A stretch of 64,000 bases of DNA, from contig CAJINV010000008.1 in assembly GCA_905178155.1 (NCBI GenBank), forward strand, positions 3,869,420 to 3,933,419. The letters are read 5' to 3'. The stretch comes from Amoebophrya sp. A120 (lineage: Eukaryota > Protista > Dinoflagellata). The notes beneath the pieces were generated by a model. It made no database searches. It saw only the letters and a list, made by a program, of their open reading frames with translations, and was not told where the DNA came from. The translations under genes were made by a program, and so were the position numbers. This document shows, in pieces, positions 11,920-24,639 of the stretch; the first letter of the stretch is position 1; the number at the start of each line of letters is the position of its first letter.

Positions 11920-14161
11920 CAAGTAGGCCGAGGAGCACTGAGTTGTTGTAGCGACACGAACAAAAGAAAATTAAAAAAAAACTGCGACCTTTTATGATTT
12001 CGATTTCCACCATTTCGTGGCGGTGTCGAGTCTACTTATTGTACCCCGCAGTTTGATATCGTAAACGGAAAAGTTAGCTTCTCGCATGGTATTTCTTCCC
12101 CGAAATTATACTAAATTGAATATCAATACAACTATGAATTACAGATATACAAAAGCTTGCGCAAGCGCTTCTCAGTCACATTATTTTTTGCTTCAGTATT
12201 GACGCATTTTTCTTCAGTATTCTTGTCTTTATTCCAATTTTCAACTTTAGAAATAACAACTCACAGTATGCAAAAATACAGTAAAGGTCATTGCACTCAG
12301 AAACAAAACGAGTACCAGAAAAATTAGACACGATTGGATCGGAGACTGGGGTGCTTGCTCTTGTACGAACTTTTCGCGTGCTTATCCATGTGAAATGTTG
12401 TCAACCATCTTCTAGTCTTGCTATCCTTTCAGCTCCCATTTTTACACACCATATTTGCAACAGTTAATTCGACGCCAACATCAACAAGCTCAGGCACGGT
12501 AAGATTTTATTCTAGTTCATTGCTTCTTTAGCTCATCTGTTGTATTTTTCCAGACAACCTGAAAGCTTTTTCAGGTCCGCCGCCCGATCCTGAGCCGAAG
12601 GTATTGCACCTCAGTACGCGCGGGTCGGTGGTTAAAAGCGAAACTGCCTTTCTTCATCCTTTCTCAAAAGCATAAGTCTTTTGCGGAAGGTTTTGTTCCT
12701 GCGGAGTGAGTGGAGGAATTGGATCATTGATAGGCCGCTTTCAGCAGGAGCATGGTGGGGACGACAGCAAAAATCAACTGTCGCAGAAGTATATCGAATT
12801 TTTCAATAACAAGCGCAGCTGCAACATCTTCAAGCTGCAGTGCGACGCACAGTACATTGAATAAATGAACAACTAAAAGTACAACAACTACAACCATCTG
12901 CAGCGGATGCGGAGGTTGTGTTTGTCGGAAAACAATTACTTCTTACGACGACGGGCACGTCCATCTCGACCACGTCGAGGACGTGATGATGCTTATCATC
13001 ATCATGAAAAATGAAGATAGGAAGTGACGTAAAAATTACTCGGGTGAATGATACCTCGACGGGCGGCAGCATGAGGGCTAGAATGAAAATAAAACCTTCT
13101 TCTGGGCTCACCGGGCTCCTCCGGTTGCTACGTTTTTGATTTTGGTACAAAAAAAAGACCACTCAAAAACTGCGAGCATCGGTTAGGAAGAACAAAGAAG
13201 TGAGATATGATTACAGGACCGCCTCGGATTCAATTCTCATACAACAAATGTACTTGACTCTTTATGTAAACTCCGTCTACTCTATCACAACCACCAGACA
13301 GTGCAATAGCTTCAATTTCTTGAAACTCACTCCGGACGAAGGGAGCACGCAGGAAGAGCAGCATTTCTAACTCTTCGTGAATGCTTAGAACAAATGTATC
13401 CAAAATTTTTCATTGAAATAAGAAGCGATAAGAAGACAACTCATCAAACAAAGCTAAGCAAGCGAAGAACCGTCTTCAAGACCCCGAGGCAACACGACCG
13501 CCTAAGTTGTGTAGGTCTTGGCCACCAAAGACCACAACTTCCGGGACCACCGGCTGCTGGCTGCCTGTTCATAACTCGCTTTTGTTGTCGTCTTTCGTTT
13601 TTTTTTACGTGAGAATAATACACTGTTCGTTTGTCCTGCGTTTATAGAAGTTGTGTCTACTTTATTCTTGGTCTTCGAGCAGAATCACACCGCAACAGTT
13701 GACGTTTTTTCCATTGTGACGTCGTCCAGAGTTGCACATCAACAACGATGACAAGGACAACAGAACTTCACTGCACAAGAAAATCTTCTAAATCTATTAC
13801 CTACATCAACAGCGGCCACTGCAACTGCAGCTCCTTGTACTTTTTCCCTATCGGTTGTGGAGTACATGAAGAAATCATTTTTTGTGCTAAGAACAATCAT
13901 GGGTAGACCTAGCCTACCAACAAGCAAAGGCCTGCGAATTCTTGCGAAAATTTGATCTTGTATGTTTCATCTGCTCCGTAGGACACACACGACACTGGTG
14001 GCACACTTGCGGCCCGCACCAACAAGGTCGTCGAAGTTGGTCCTCTACTGTTGGACCTTCGTGGTCTGTCGTGTGTGAAACTGTTACAAGAACTGTACAT
14101 GAACTATAAGAACTTCTGCGGTTATTTTCCGTTTTCGGGGCAGAAGCATACTACGTAGAAG

Positions 14162-17100
14162 ATGGCACCAGCAGAGCAGCAACCGTCCTCCGGTCCCAGA
14201 AAACAACAAGGTGAAGAGGAAGCTCCGCAAGAATCTTCAATCGTAAAGGACCGGACCGTATCGGTTGACACCGAGGAGCTGTACCCCAATCGCACGGAAA
14301 GCGTCGGTATGTATTGCAAATATGTCTGGGTCTGGAAGAATGCAAGATTTGTCATGCTTGTCTGGCATGACTGTTAACTCTGTGATGCTTAGGCGCGAAA
14401 AGACGCACTTTCCTGTCATGCAAAAACGAAGCCTGCCATGCGGAATACGCAACACACGGGAGCATAGAAACTTGTCGTGCTTGGTCACCTATTGCAGTGA
14501 GCTCATTATTCACAGAGTTGCATCACAAGTTTCCAGACCCAGACATTTTTGCAATGCACAGTCGCCTCTCTCTTTTCCGACGAGCGTGCGCTGGAGCAGG
14601 TCGCCGCGAATGTCGCGGAGAACGCAATTTTTGGGGCGGACAAGGCTGGCGAGGAAGTTTTACACACGACTGCGGATCATGTTCATGATGCAGGAGCAGG
14701 AGGGGCACGATTAGCAGTAAATCAACTTCCTGGCGATCATGATCATCCTCGTGAAGATGTTTGTTCTGCTACCACCGCGCTCCCGTCTGATACTGCAACG
14801 GAAGCAGCACCTCCAGCAACTGCTCAGGCAGCAATTCAGGGATTTGGATTTGCAGCGGCCACTGAGGATGAGGAAACTACAACAGCATTTCCACCAGTTG
14901 ACGGCGAGCCAAGTAGAACAACAGGCGCAGACGGGGGCAGCTCGCAGCTGCCAAAGCACTCCGTTGCTGCACGTCGACAGGACGGCGCTGAAAGTTATGA
15001 ACTAGAGGAAGTGCTGATGTCCACCGCATCGGAGGCGGAAGAGGTCATGCTCGCACGCGTCGCCGCGGCCGTGGTCCACCAGGTCGAGGAGAAGGTGCTA
15101 GGAGGGACGGGAAAAATGGTCGCGGCCCCGGGTCATGAAGTAGATCAAGATGATGGTGACGCGCGAGGGGCTCCTGTACAGCCACACCAGACGACACCTC
15201 CAGGAGATGTTGATCATGGAGCGCCAGAAGTTGTAGCTGCGCGATCCGTAATTTTTGAAGAACAAACGGCAGCACGTGAGGATACTAGTAGAATAAAGCA
15301 GGAGGATGCAGCTCCTTCCGCGAAAGGCACCTCGAGCGTGAAAACCACCCGCCGGGTCAGCTTTCGTGACGACGAGGAGGAAGTCCTCGACCTCGTTCAA
15401 GCACCTGATCTCGGAGTGCTGGGGGCACAGCCGCCAGCAGAGAACGACGTGGACAAACCGCGAGCAGAAGAAGAGCCCGGCTTCTCCGTCACGACAGAAT
15501 CGGAAACGAAAGCGTCTAGTACTGCAGCTGCAGGGCAAAATACTGCGAATTATGCGAACGCCGACCTGGAAAAGTCGGAGCCGACAGAGCTTTCCCTGAA
15601 AATAACAGCGCAAGATCAGATCGCCACTGAGGAGGAAGAAACAACACATACACAATTGAAACAACAACCGGAAATAAAGGACGAGTTATTTTTCGATGAC
15701 GACAGCAATAAAGTCGAAGCTGTTACCGCAGGTTTCTGCCCGTCTTCTTCCAGTGGGTATACCACCCCGCGCGATGTCGGAACGGATACGCAGTCCTCCG
15801 GGGAGGAGACCAACAAGCAAAACAAACTCGTCGCAGCCGAAGTCGTCGCAGCCAGTTCTGACGTGGCAACAGCGGCGCTGACAGACGACCGGCCTTTGAA
15901 AATCAGTTTGGAGGTACTGTAATAAATGTGAATATTACAACAAATCCCCACATTCGCACTTGACTTGTTTAGGCATAGGCTCACCATGCTCGATGATGCG
16001 CGTCGATGAATCTTTTGCACCGTGCTGACTATCATGTAACGTTTGGGTTTGTGTCAACAACGTAAAGCTAGCTGATCATGATTGCAAGCATTGCACCACA
16101 ACGCATGCACATTTTGTTTGCAAAAAAAAACTCAGATCTCCCGTCACGAGCACGGTTCGCGCATTGTCGGCGAGGTTTCCGCTCGCGAACTCACCGACCG
16201 AGACAAGCGTGTTTTAAACGAGGCACTGAAACTCACCATCGACCAGTGGCAAAGCACCAGCACGGGAGCTGCAGCAGCGCTTACAAGAACTGGTGGATCA
16301 TCGACTTCTAGTTCTACTACAGGTGATGGCTCCAGTACAAAAGCGCCGGGTACGGCGCTTGGCGCGACCACTGCGACGACTTCCACGGTTGTGGGACCAT
16401 TAGTACACGACCACGAGTTCTCCCAGCCGGAGTTTTGGACGCAAAAGTCGCTCGCCTACGATTCCTCCGAGGATCCTGCGACCAGTCTGACGCTGACCTT
16501 AAACTGCGAGAGCGGCGAATTGCACGGGCTCAAAATCAGCGCGCGCAGCCAGGCCGAGGACATGGAGAAGTTCGTCATTGAGAGGGCGGCCACGCCGCCC
16601 TTCGTGGCGACTTGTTCTGCGGCCGCGGGGGTGCTGGGGGACGAGGTGCAGATGAAAACGAAGAGGCTGGCGCAGGAGGAGTTGCACAAAATGATAGAGG
16701 AGGAGGAGAGAAGAAACAGGGCGGAAATGGATAGGTACGGAAGGTTGATGGAATTTCTTTGTGCATTTTGTAGTATGTCACGCGCACCAAGGTAGAGATT
16801 GAAGTGGAAATCTTAATCTTCCAATGAAAGCGAACATCAACATTAACATTTACTGTTTCCGTTTCCGTATCAAGAGCAACAATGCGACTGCAAAACGTCG
16901 TCCGGGATGAAGAATTTCACGAAAGAATTCAAAATCCGGACAGAATCCTTCACGAGCGCGCGCAACAAGCGATCAAGATCCAGGCTGCCGCGCGCGCCCG
17001 ACGCGACCGGCGGCGGGCCCAGAGCCTGAAGATGCAGAAAGAGGAAGAGCGCCTCCAGGAGTACGAACGGGTGGCTTTCGCGAAGCGGATGGAGCGGGCG

Positions 17101-18747
17101 GCCACGAGGATTCAGTCGCTGCATATCCAGGAAAAAACACCCATCCACATCCAATTTGTCATGCAGAACACGTATAAAATCCTGTGTCTGTCATGCAAAA
17201 AATGGATGGGGATGGGTTTTTTTCTGTGGATACTGCACCGGGGGAGGCGGGCACGGAGCTTGACGGACGAAATGCGCGAGATGAGGAAGAACGGTATAAT
17301 CACTATCATCTCGTCAATCTTTTGTGAAGGTGACCACTAGAAGATGGGTCCGCAACCATGATTATATCGCGCACAGTTATTCTTGGCAAAAGAATTCTAG
17401 GGAAACCCTCTTGCCACAAGATGAACTCAGTCTTTATCATTTTTGCTTGTTATACGCTTGTGCACGGAGATCGTGCGGTTGTTGCAGCTTTTGCAAGGTC
17501 CGGATGACTTGTGAGACTGACGTACAAACAATGCGGATAGTGCACTAATTCTAATACAAATACAATACTTTTATCGCAGCCGCCTCCGAAGCGATTCAGT
17601 CCCGTTGGCGGGGAGCGGAAGCTCGGGACTTGGTGAAAAACCTGAAAGAGTACAAGCAGAACCACGACCCGCGGACCATTCGAACGACAATGGCCAAGGA
17701 GAACCAGGCGCACAAGATCATGTCAAACTCTACAAGGTATCATGGGCATTCCTCCTCGCAGAAGAGAAAAGCGAAGAAGAAGCTTATCTTGCTGGACCTG
17801 CACCACGTGCACCACCACCACCATTTCCATCAGGTCAAGGCCGGCACTTCTAACCAGAGCGGGGCAGCTGTAGGTGGTGCGAGAACGTCTGATGCTGCTC
17901 CTCGTGGTAGAGAACAGCAATTAGATGCCACGTTGAAGGAAAAGCACCAGGCAGCAGTGGAGCACCAAGCCACACAGTTGACGACCAAGACGTATGTCGA
18001 AAATAGAGCGGAATCTCTCTACCAGGGGAACTACAAAAAATTCATGCTGGACAATGTACGCGTTGTTCTGTTTCCTACGATCATGGAGCTTCATAATAAT
18101 CTATCACTATCAGATACTGATAGCTTATAGATATTTCTGTGTAATAACAGCTGGCTGCGACACAGTTGTCTTGGAAAAATCAACAAAAGCATGATCATGA
18201 ATTGAAAACTCCACCAACATCGCAGCCTCCCTTCGAGTCCGCGGAGGAGTACTACAGTTACGCCTCGAAGCTGCCCGGTGACAAGCGCCTCGACTACCTT
18301 TCCCCGTACCAGTACACTGCGAAACAGCGCGGAAATTACTATGGAGCACCAGCCGCGGCGCACCACAACGTAGCGTCGACCTCCTCATTGAATGGAGGAG
18401 GCCATCATGCGGCCGGTAACGCAATTGGCGGCCCTCGTCCCCCCGTGCACTCGAACCCGCACAGCAAGAGTAGTACGAAAGAGCGGTGGTTTGTGGACGG
18501 GAAACACAACATGACAGCGCCGAGCTCCAAAAGCAGCATGCGCAGCAATAACAAAACCTCCAGCCACTTAATTCGCAGTGTCGACGGGAGCAGCAGCGGC
18601 GCGGCGGGTGGTGCAGCTGGTGGAATGAGCCTCAGCAAGAGTTCATTTTACGGCAAGAAGGTGGACAAAACGCTTCAAAAACAGGCCGGTGCTGCTTCGA
18701 GAGGGTCACCATATGCGGAAAAACGGTTTCTACCCAAGATAGTGTAA
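14162..18747 (+). CDS. Large acidic protein with three IQ calmodulin-binding motifs
   Basis: IQAAARARRDR, IQSLH|RGRRAR (only after removing 17124-17237) and IQSRWRGAEAR. GT-AG introns 15914-16135, 16735-16874, 17294-17579 and 18056-18150, plus introner 14308-14565, keep the frame. Confidence 0.75.
14308..14560. mobile_element. Introner family B
   Basis: TATGTATTGCAAATATGTCTGGGTCTGGAA ... TTCCAGACCCAGACATTTTTGCAATGCACA. Flanks GTCGG / GTCGC. Removal joins ORF 14162 and ORF 14549 in frame. Confidence 0.88.
17124..17232. mobile_element. Introner family C (short, in-frame, stop-free)
   Basis: TATCCAGGAAAAAACACCCATCC ... GGATGGGTTTTTTTCTGTGGATA. CTGCA duplication at 17119-17123 and 17233-17237. 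Splits an IQ motif. Confidence 0.85.
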
Positions 18748-18792
18748 AAAGTGCATGGTTTGTCCCTGGAGCTCGCTGTTATTTGTGGTGGA

Positions 18793-19831
18793 AGACTTTT
18801 AGCATCCGGCCACCTCGTACTTGGAAATTTGTTCAAAAGGAGTTCAAAGATGAGCTCAAAGCGAGTTCAGAACGAGTTCAAAGCGAGTTCAATAATTTGG
18901 ACCAAGTCAGTTGACCTATCGCAAAAATCGCAATGAGCCAGCTACCTTTTGTCGAAAGTCAATTGCCTTTGCGTGGAGTTTGCGAGAAGTCAATTGTCTT
19001 TGTTCGGAATTTGCATAAAGTCAAGTGCCTTGATCCAAATTTCAAGAAAAGTCAACTGACTTCTCCTGAAGTCGGCTCATTTCGCAAACGGGCAGCAAAG
19101 CTTTGAAGTATGTGCGCGTTTTTTTTTGCTAGGGCTCCGAAACGACCAGAGGCGCGCGCCGTTGGTTTGCGTTTTCCCGTGCCGCCCTGCGATTTCGGGA
19201 ACGGCCCGAAGACACGGGGACGACAAGACGCAAAAAGGGGCGCAAAGCCGCACAGCAGAGGCTCCCGTCTGCCTTCTCCACCCTCAGATCTGTTCTCGGC
19301 GACTTCGCGACGGGATTCAAGGGTGGGGAAACGGGGCGGGCGCCACTGCATCTGCAGGAGAAGCAGAAACTGAGCGGCTGGGGCCCAAGTCGGACAGGCA
19401 TGGTAGTCCGTTGGCTTCCCCGCGATTGAGTAGGTGCAGGGGCGTTGCTTGCAAAAAAGTCAATTGTCTTTTTCAAAAATTCGCAAAGAGTCAATTGTCT
19501 TTTTCAAAAATTTCCAATAAGTCAAGTGCCTTCTTGCGGAATTGGTAGGTCTTCTTGGTTGACTTTTATTGCGAAAGACAGAAGCCAGTTGACTTTTCTG
19601 GAAAAGGCTCGCAGAAGTCAATTTACTTCTCATTGACTTTGCTCAGAAACGAGAACGCCACTGACGTCGCTCGGAATCACACGAAAGCGAGGGGTCATTT
19701 GACCTTGCTCGGAAATCGCCAAAAGTCTTTTGACCTTTGCAATTTTTTAGGTCAACTGATAATGGGCAAATTATTGAACTCGTAATGAACTCGGAATGAA
19801 CTCGCTTTTGAACTCGTGCGCCAGTCTTTTT
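18793..19831. mobile_element. Non-autonomous inverted-repeat element flanked by a 51-bp direct duplication
   Basis: 18742-18792 equals 19832-19882 with 1 mismatch. Subterminal IR CGAGTTCAATAATTTG..CAGTTGACCT / AGGTCAACTG..CAAATTATTGAACTCG. Many AAGTCAA / TTGACTT motifs inside. Confidence 0.75.
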
Positions 19832-21381
19832 GTGTAAGAAGTGCATGGTTTGTCCCTGGAGCTCGCTGTTATTTGTGGTGGACGAGTTAAGCGCGCGCGT
19901 CACTGCGGTCGAGAAAGTAAAACTTGTGGCTGCGTACCCATTGATGCGTGTGGGAAGGAGGTTGCACGACGAGGAGTTGAGCCAAGTGGTCGCACACGCC
20001 GCGCATCAAAAGGAGCAGGAAGCGTAGCCACAGTGCTGATGCTGAAGACTATACTCGTCACACACATGCTTACAGTTACACTTAATACACGGCGCAGCTT
20101 CAACAACATGCTATGGTAGTACACCTTCCACCGATCCCGTTCCCGAATGAGCAACCTTTACTAGTAGTACTTTGCCCTGGTGGAGAAATAAATGAGAAAT
20201 TAATAGATGAGTACTGTATCTGTATGATGTTTGAATTTGATTCAATTGGCTCCGACTCGTTTAAGTTTATGTTTCGCAACAAGAACAACTTCAGCTTCAT
20301 CATGATCTCTCTTTCTTGTTTCGGTTTCACCAGCGCTAGCGCTATACTTTAGTTAGTAATAAAGGCAGCAGCTTAAAACAGCACTGTTCACTGTGGGCTT
20401 TTCTTGTGCTGAGATCATCTGAATTGGGTCTACTTTGCTGGTGAGGAGCAGGAAGCGGACCCACGAGCAGTCAAGTGCTCGACACCTTGTACAATTATGT
20501 TGTGAAGACCCTGACGAACAAGAAGAAAATGAACGCGGAGGCAATCAATTTGAAAGATGAAGATCAGGGTGGAAGGACCGAACACGCGGCAGCAAAAATC
20601 GCGACGAGCCTTTCCGCACTGATTGGGAGCGAGTGGCCGACCGCCGCGCGCTTGTGATAGGCGTGAGACGAGGTTTTATATTCATCGCTGGGCCCGCGCC
20701 CGTTATTTTGTTTGACACGCCGCCCCTCGCCTCGGCCGCCCTGATGTCATGCATTGACTGGGCTGGAGGTTCAGTTCCGGTTAGATGCAACGGCCCGGGG
20801 CCAGGACCCCACCGGCCCATGAGACTGATTTCTGTACAGAAATGAGGCCAAGGAGCGCACGCCACGCGGCGTTCTTCTCAGACATTGTTCGCGGTGATTC
20901 TACGCGACTGTCTCACCGGTGTGCCTTGGCCAGGTACCAGAAGAGGACAGGCACGAGCTGTGGCGGCCCCTCAAGAAGTGCCTGTCGCCACAGTGTAGTT
21001 CGGAGCCAAGCTGGAGATCATGTTGGCGAGCCCTAATATGCCCTTCGCCTGGTTTTCGTTTTTCGGTGCAGTCGCTGTCGCTGACCTCAACCTGTGTTGA
21101 TCTTCGTTCAGATAATTCAGTCAGTCCGTAATACGAACCGCATGCATGCGGCCGCGCTGTGTTTGATGTTGGCTGTCTGCTCGAGCAGGCATGATTTTCT
21201 TTCTTTCAGACTTTTCCGTCCACATTTCTAAAACTTTTTTCGCATCTCGTTCTTCTTTTGTGACTGGCGCTCGCAAGGGAAAGAAGCCGCGGAGTTGTGA
21301 CTTTCATTTTTTTTTCGCCAGAACTACCAGCCTTAGATTTACTCAGCACAAGAGCCAGAAGAGGAAGAGAAGCGAAGTATC

Positions 21382-24300
21382 ATGGCGACGTACCAGATCC
21401 TCGCCTGCCATGCAGGCGAGCAGTCCAAGGACAGCATCCTTTCAGTGCTCAAGTCCCGCGTCACGAACACCTGTGACGAGGTATAAAATATGCATGCTCT
21501 GGATACACAATCAATTTTTTTTTTTCCTTACAGCTCCTGTGCATAATTTTTACGGTCCTTGATGCAGGTGTGCAAGAATTATGCAGTATCAATTGTTTTC
21601 TGTATATTCAGGTGTGCAAGTTCGACGTTCCGGACACCCTGAAGTTCGGGAGTTTCGACTCCCTGGTGAAGATGATGGACGACCTTTCCAAGTACGACAG
21701 TCAAGTGGAGGGCATCCTGCGACGGATCGAGCGACAAATGACCGACTTGGATGCTAACGCGGACTTCAAAGTGTTGTTCCGGCAGAAAACCATGACGGTG
21801 GAGAGCTACGTCCGCAGCTTCCAGTGGGACGACACCAAGTGGCCCAGGAACAGAAATGTATAATCATAATCATGCACATGCGCTTGACTCTGTTGTAATC
21901 TTTGTGATGTTCTTCTTGCCGGTTTGGAATGAATTTCGAGGATGAAAAGATGAATTAGAATGATTTCATCTACTCCACTTCTCGTGGTAACATGTTGACC
22001 AAGACCAACATGATGTAGTGCATATCACAAAATACAACTTTACCCAGGTTTCTGACAACATGACATCGCTTATGAACACAGTGTCGAGGATTGACGACGA
22101 CGTAAAAAACAAAGCCTACGCGTACGCAGACGTGAAGTCAGTACTGAGTTCTTTTGTAGTTCATTTACAACTTATGATGCTGGACGTAGTACCTACTAGG
22201 CTGTGGTAGTACTTTGAAACTTTAACTTTTTTCACTTTTCTTTGGTTCTTGACCTTGGCGCTCCTCACCAGTTTGAGTTTGAAACCTAAGGAATAAGAAG
22301 TAGAAGTAAAGCAAATAAAAGTACCTGATCCACACCACGACTACAACCAGAGCCTCGCTTCCCTGAACAAGTCGAAGGGACCGGGTACCACGCTGATGAA
22401 TGCGGAGCTTACCGAAATACTGACTCCGGACGTGGTGGCCGCGGACGACTTTATCGCGAAAGAGCACTTGACCACCGTGCTCGTGATCGTGCCAAGGGGC
22501 GGCGAAAAGGAGTTTCTGGAGTCCTACGAGCGCGTGGATCCCTTCGTCGTGCCACGATCAGCGAAGCAGTATCCTGAGTAAAAACGTACCCACACCAGAG
22601 TTGTAATGCAGATTTGCAAAGACAGGAAGACGAAGACTTGTAATGCGCATCCCCATGAGAGCCATTTCCAATCGTGTTTTGGAATTTGTGATGCTGTGAA
22701 CAGGATGAGCAGATGAATCTGTGACGCGGCTGCACTTGCTAACCTGCACTACACTGCCGAGTGCAACTTGTCATGCGTGACTCACAAAACTCCTAGGTTT
22801 GTGTTGCAAAATCCCCATCCTGACTCTGGTGTGGGTACGTTTTTACTCAGGATAAGCAGTTCCAAAAACTCACGGACGGGAAATTGCTCCCGATCGAGGA
22901 CAAGGTAATATGTCAAAATGGTGCTGAGGAAATTCAATCTTTATCGTGCATCAACAACAACATTTACATTTACATTCGCATTCCGGGTGTGCTGGGTGTT
23001 GCTGTTGCTACTGCAATAATTGCTCCTGCTGCTTTTGGTAAACAAGAATTCTGCTCTCGTCGTCTATAGTCCGCAGACCGCAGGGACCTCCCATCATGCC
23101 CGACGACAAATGAAACTGAGTACGCCTATTTTTACTTGAATGAGAAAGTCGAAGTCTGGCGAAAATAAATAAACGACTCGTCTTGCTTGATTGTCTCTAC
23201 TACAGGACGGCAACAGTCTTTGGCGTGTGGTTTGCTTCAAGAAGTCCGTCGAGACGGTGCGAAAGGGTCTATGCATTGCAAATATGTCTGGGTCTGGAAG
23301 GTTGTAACTACTTGTAATGCTAGCTTTCCATACCTAGGAAATCTGTGTTGCATATCCAACAAAAGTCGCGGCCTCTTCTGTTCATGCAAAAACGCAGTTT
23401 CTCATGCGGATTGCCTATGAGGAAGCGTTCTGGAAAGTTGTCATGCTGGGTTGCATTCGGGACTGTTTCTATCATCCACATTTTAGCATCACAAGTTTCC
23501 AGACCCAGACATTTTTACATTTGATAGGGTCTGAAGGAGTGCAAGTGCTCCATCCGGGAATTCAGTTACAGTGTCGACGCCTACAAGGAATTTGTGTTGA
23601 ACGCAGAAACCTTGCAGTTTGAGTTCACCAAGAACGAGATGGGGCTCAAGAGACACTGCGCAGCCGCCTTCTCCGATACGTTGGTAGCGTGGATGCATTT
23701 GAAGGTACTTGTTGTCCCCCCGTTGATGTGTTGATTCGATAGGGATAGTGTGGTCAGTGTCACAGTCATCATCATGTCATAAGAACCATGCTCGTCATCC
23801 TCATGACGTATTTTCATGGTAGATTCTATCACACACTTCATCTTCACGAGCAATGGAAAAATTGAAAAAGAAAAACACGAACCAGATCCGATTTTATGTA
23901 AAATCGTGAAAGTATCTTCAACGATATCATACTCATCAAAGGCTATGCGTGTGTTTGTCGAAGCTATTCTGCGGTATGGTGTGCCGCCAAACTTCGCGAG
24001 CTTCATCGTCCGACCGACATCCGCAAAGAACATTACCAAGCTGAGGACCGTCTTAAACGATGTGTTTTCTGCAAGCGGACTGTTCGGCCAGAACTACCTG
24101 GGTGGGAGTGGTAGGATTTGAGAACTACGATGCTTTTTTGACATGACACTGTTGTATTAAGTACTGATATGTTTTCTCCATCAAGTATTAATAGTATGCG
24201 TTCGCATATCTCTGCCGAGTCATGTCTTTCTTGTCGACACGAAAACGAGGTTCCCCAAAGAACCTAAAAAAAATTTCTATCCTCAGGTGCCACCGCCGAG

Positions 24301-24639
24301 GGTGCGGAAGAGGATATCAAATGTAAAAATGTCTGGGTCTGGAAGAATGCAACTTGTGATGCTGCATGTGGATTCCAGAAAAATCTGTATTGCATGAGTA
24401 CCAAAAGGAATGCAATTTTTGCTACGTGGAGAGGGCATTTGTCATGCGGAATAGGCATCAAGAAGCTCTAAAAAAATCTGTGATGCTAGGGCATGCATCA
24501 CTGACATCAGGGCTCATGCAAAACGTGCATGGCAATTGTTAGAATCTTCCAGACCCAGACATTTTTACAGTTGATAGAGGAGGCGTATTACCCATATGTC
24601 AGCCTAAGCTTCTCCCCTCTCTCCGTGAAGGAGGTATAA
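21382..24639 (+). CDS. ATP6V1C: V-type proton ATPase V1 subunit C (Vma5/ATP6V1C family)
   Basis: Conserved motifs [76 protein letters not shown] and YYPYV. Exons 21382-21480, 21612-21857, 22048-22140, 22351-22569, 22860-22904, 23206-23269, 23532-23704, 23942-24101, 24287-24314, 24582-24639. Confidence 0.95.
22570..22854. mobile_element. Introner family D in V-ATPase C
   Basis: Perfect 32-bp TIR TATCCTGAGTAAAAACGTACCCACACCAGAGT. AGCAG duplication at 22565-22569 and 22855-22859. Removing 290 nt gives SAKQ|FQKL. Confidence 0.92.
23270..23526. mobile_element. Introner family B in V-ATPase C
   Basis: TATGCATTGCAAATATGTCTGGGTCTGGAA ... TTCCAGACCCAGACATTTTTACATTTGATA. GGGTC duplication. Removing 262 nt gives VRKGL|KECKCSIREFSY. 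Confidence 0.92.
24315..24576. mobile_element. Introner family B in V-ATPase C
   Basis: TATCAAATGTAAAAATGTCTGGGTCTGGAAG TIR (1 mismatch). GAGGA duplication. Removing 267 nt restores the C-terminal EEEAYYPYV. Confidence 0.92.
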
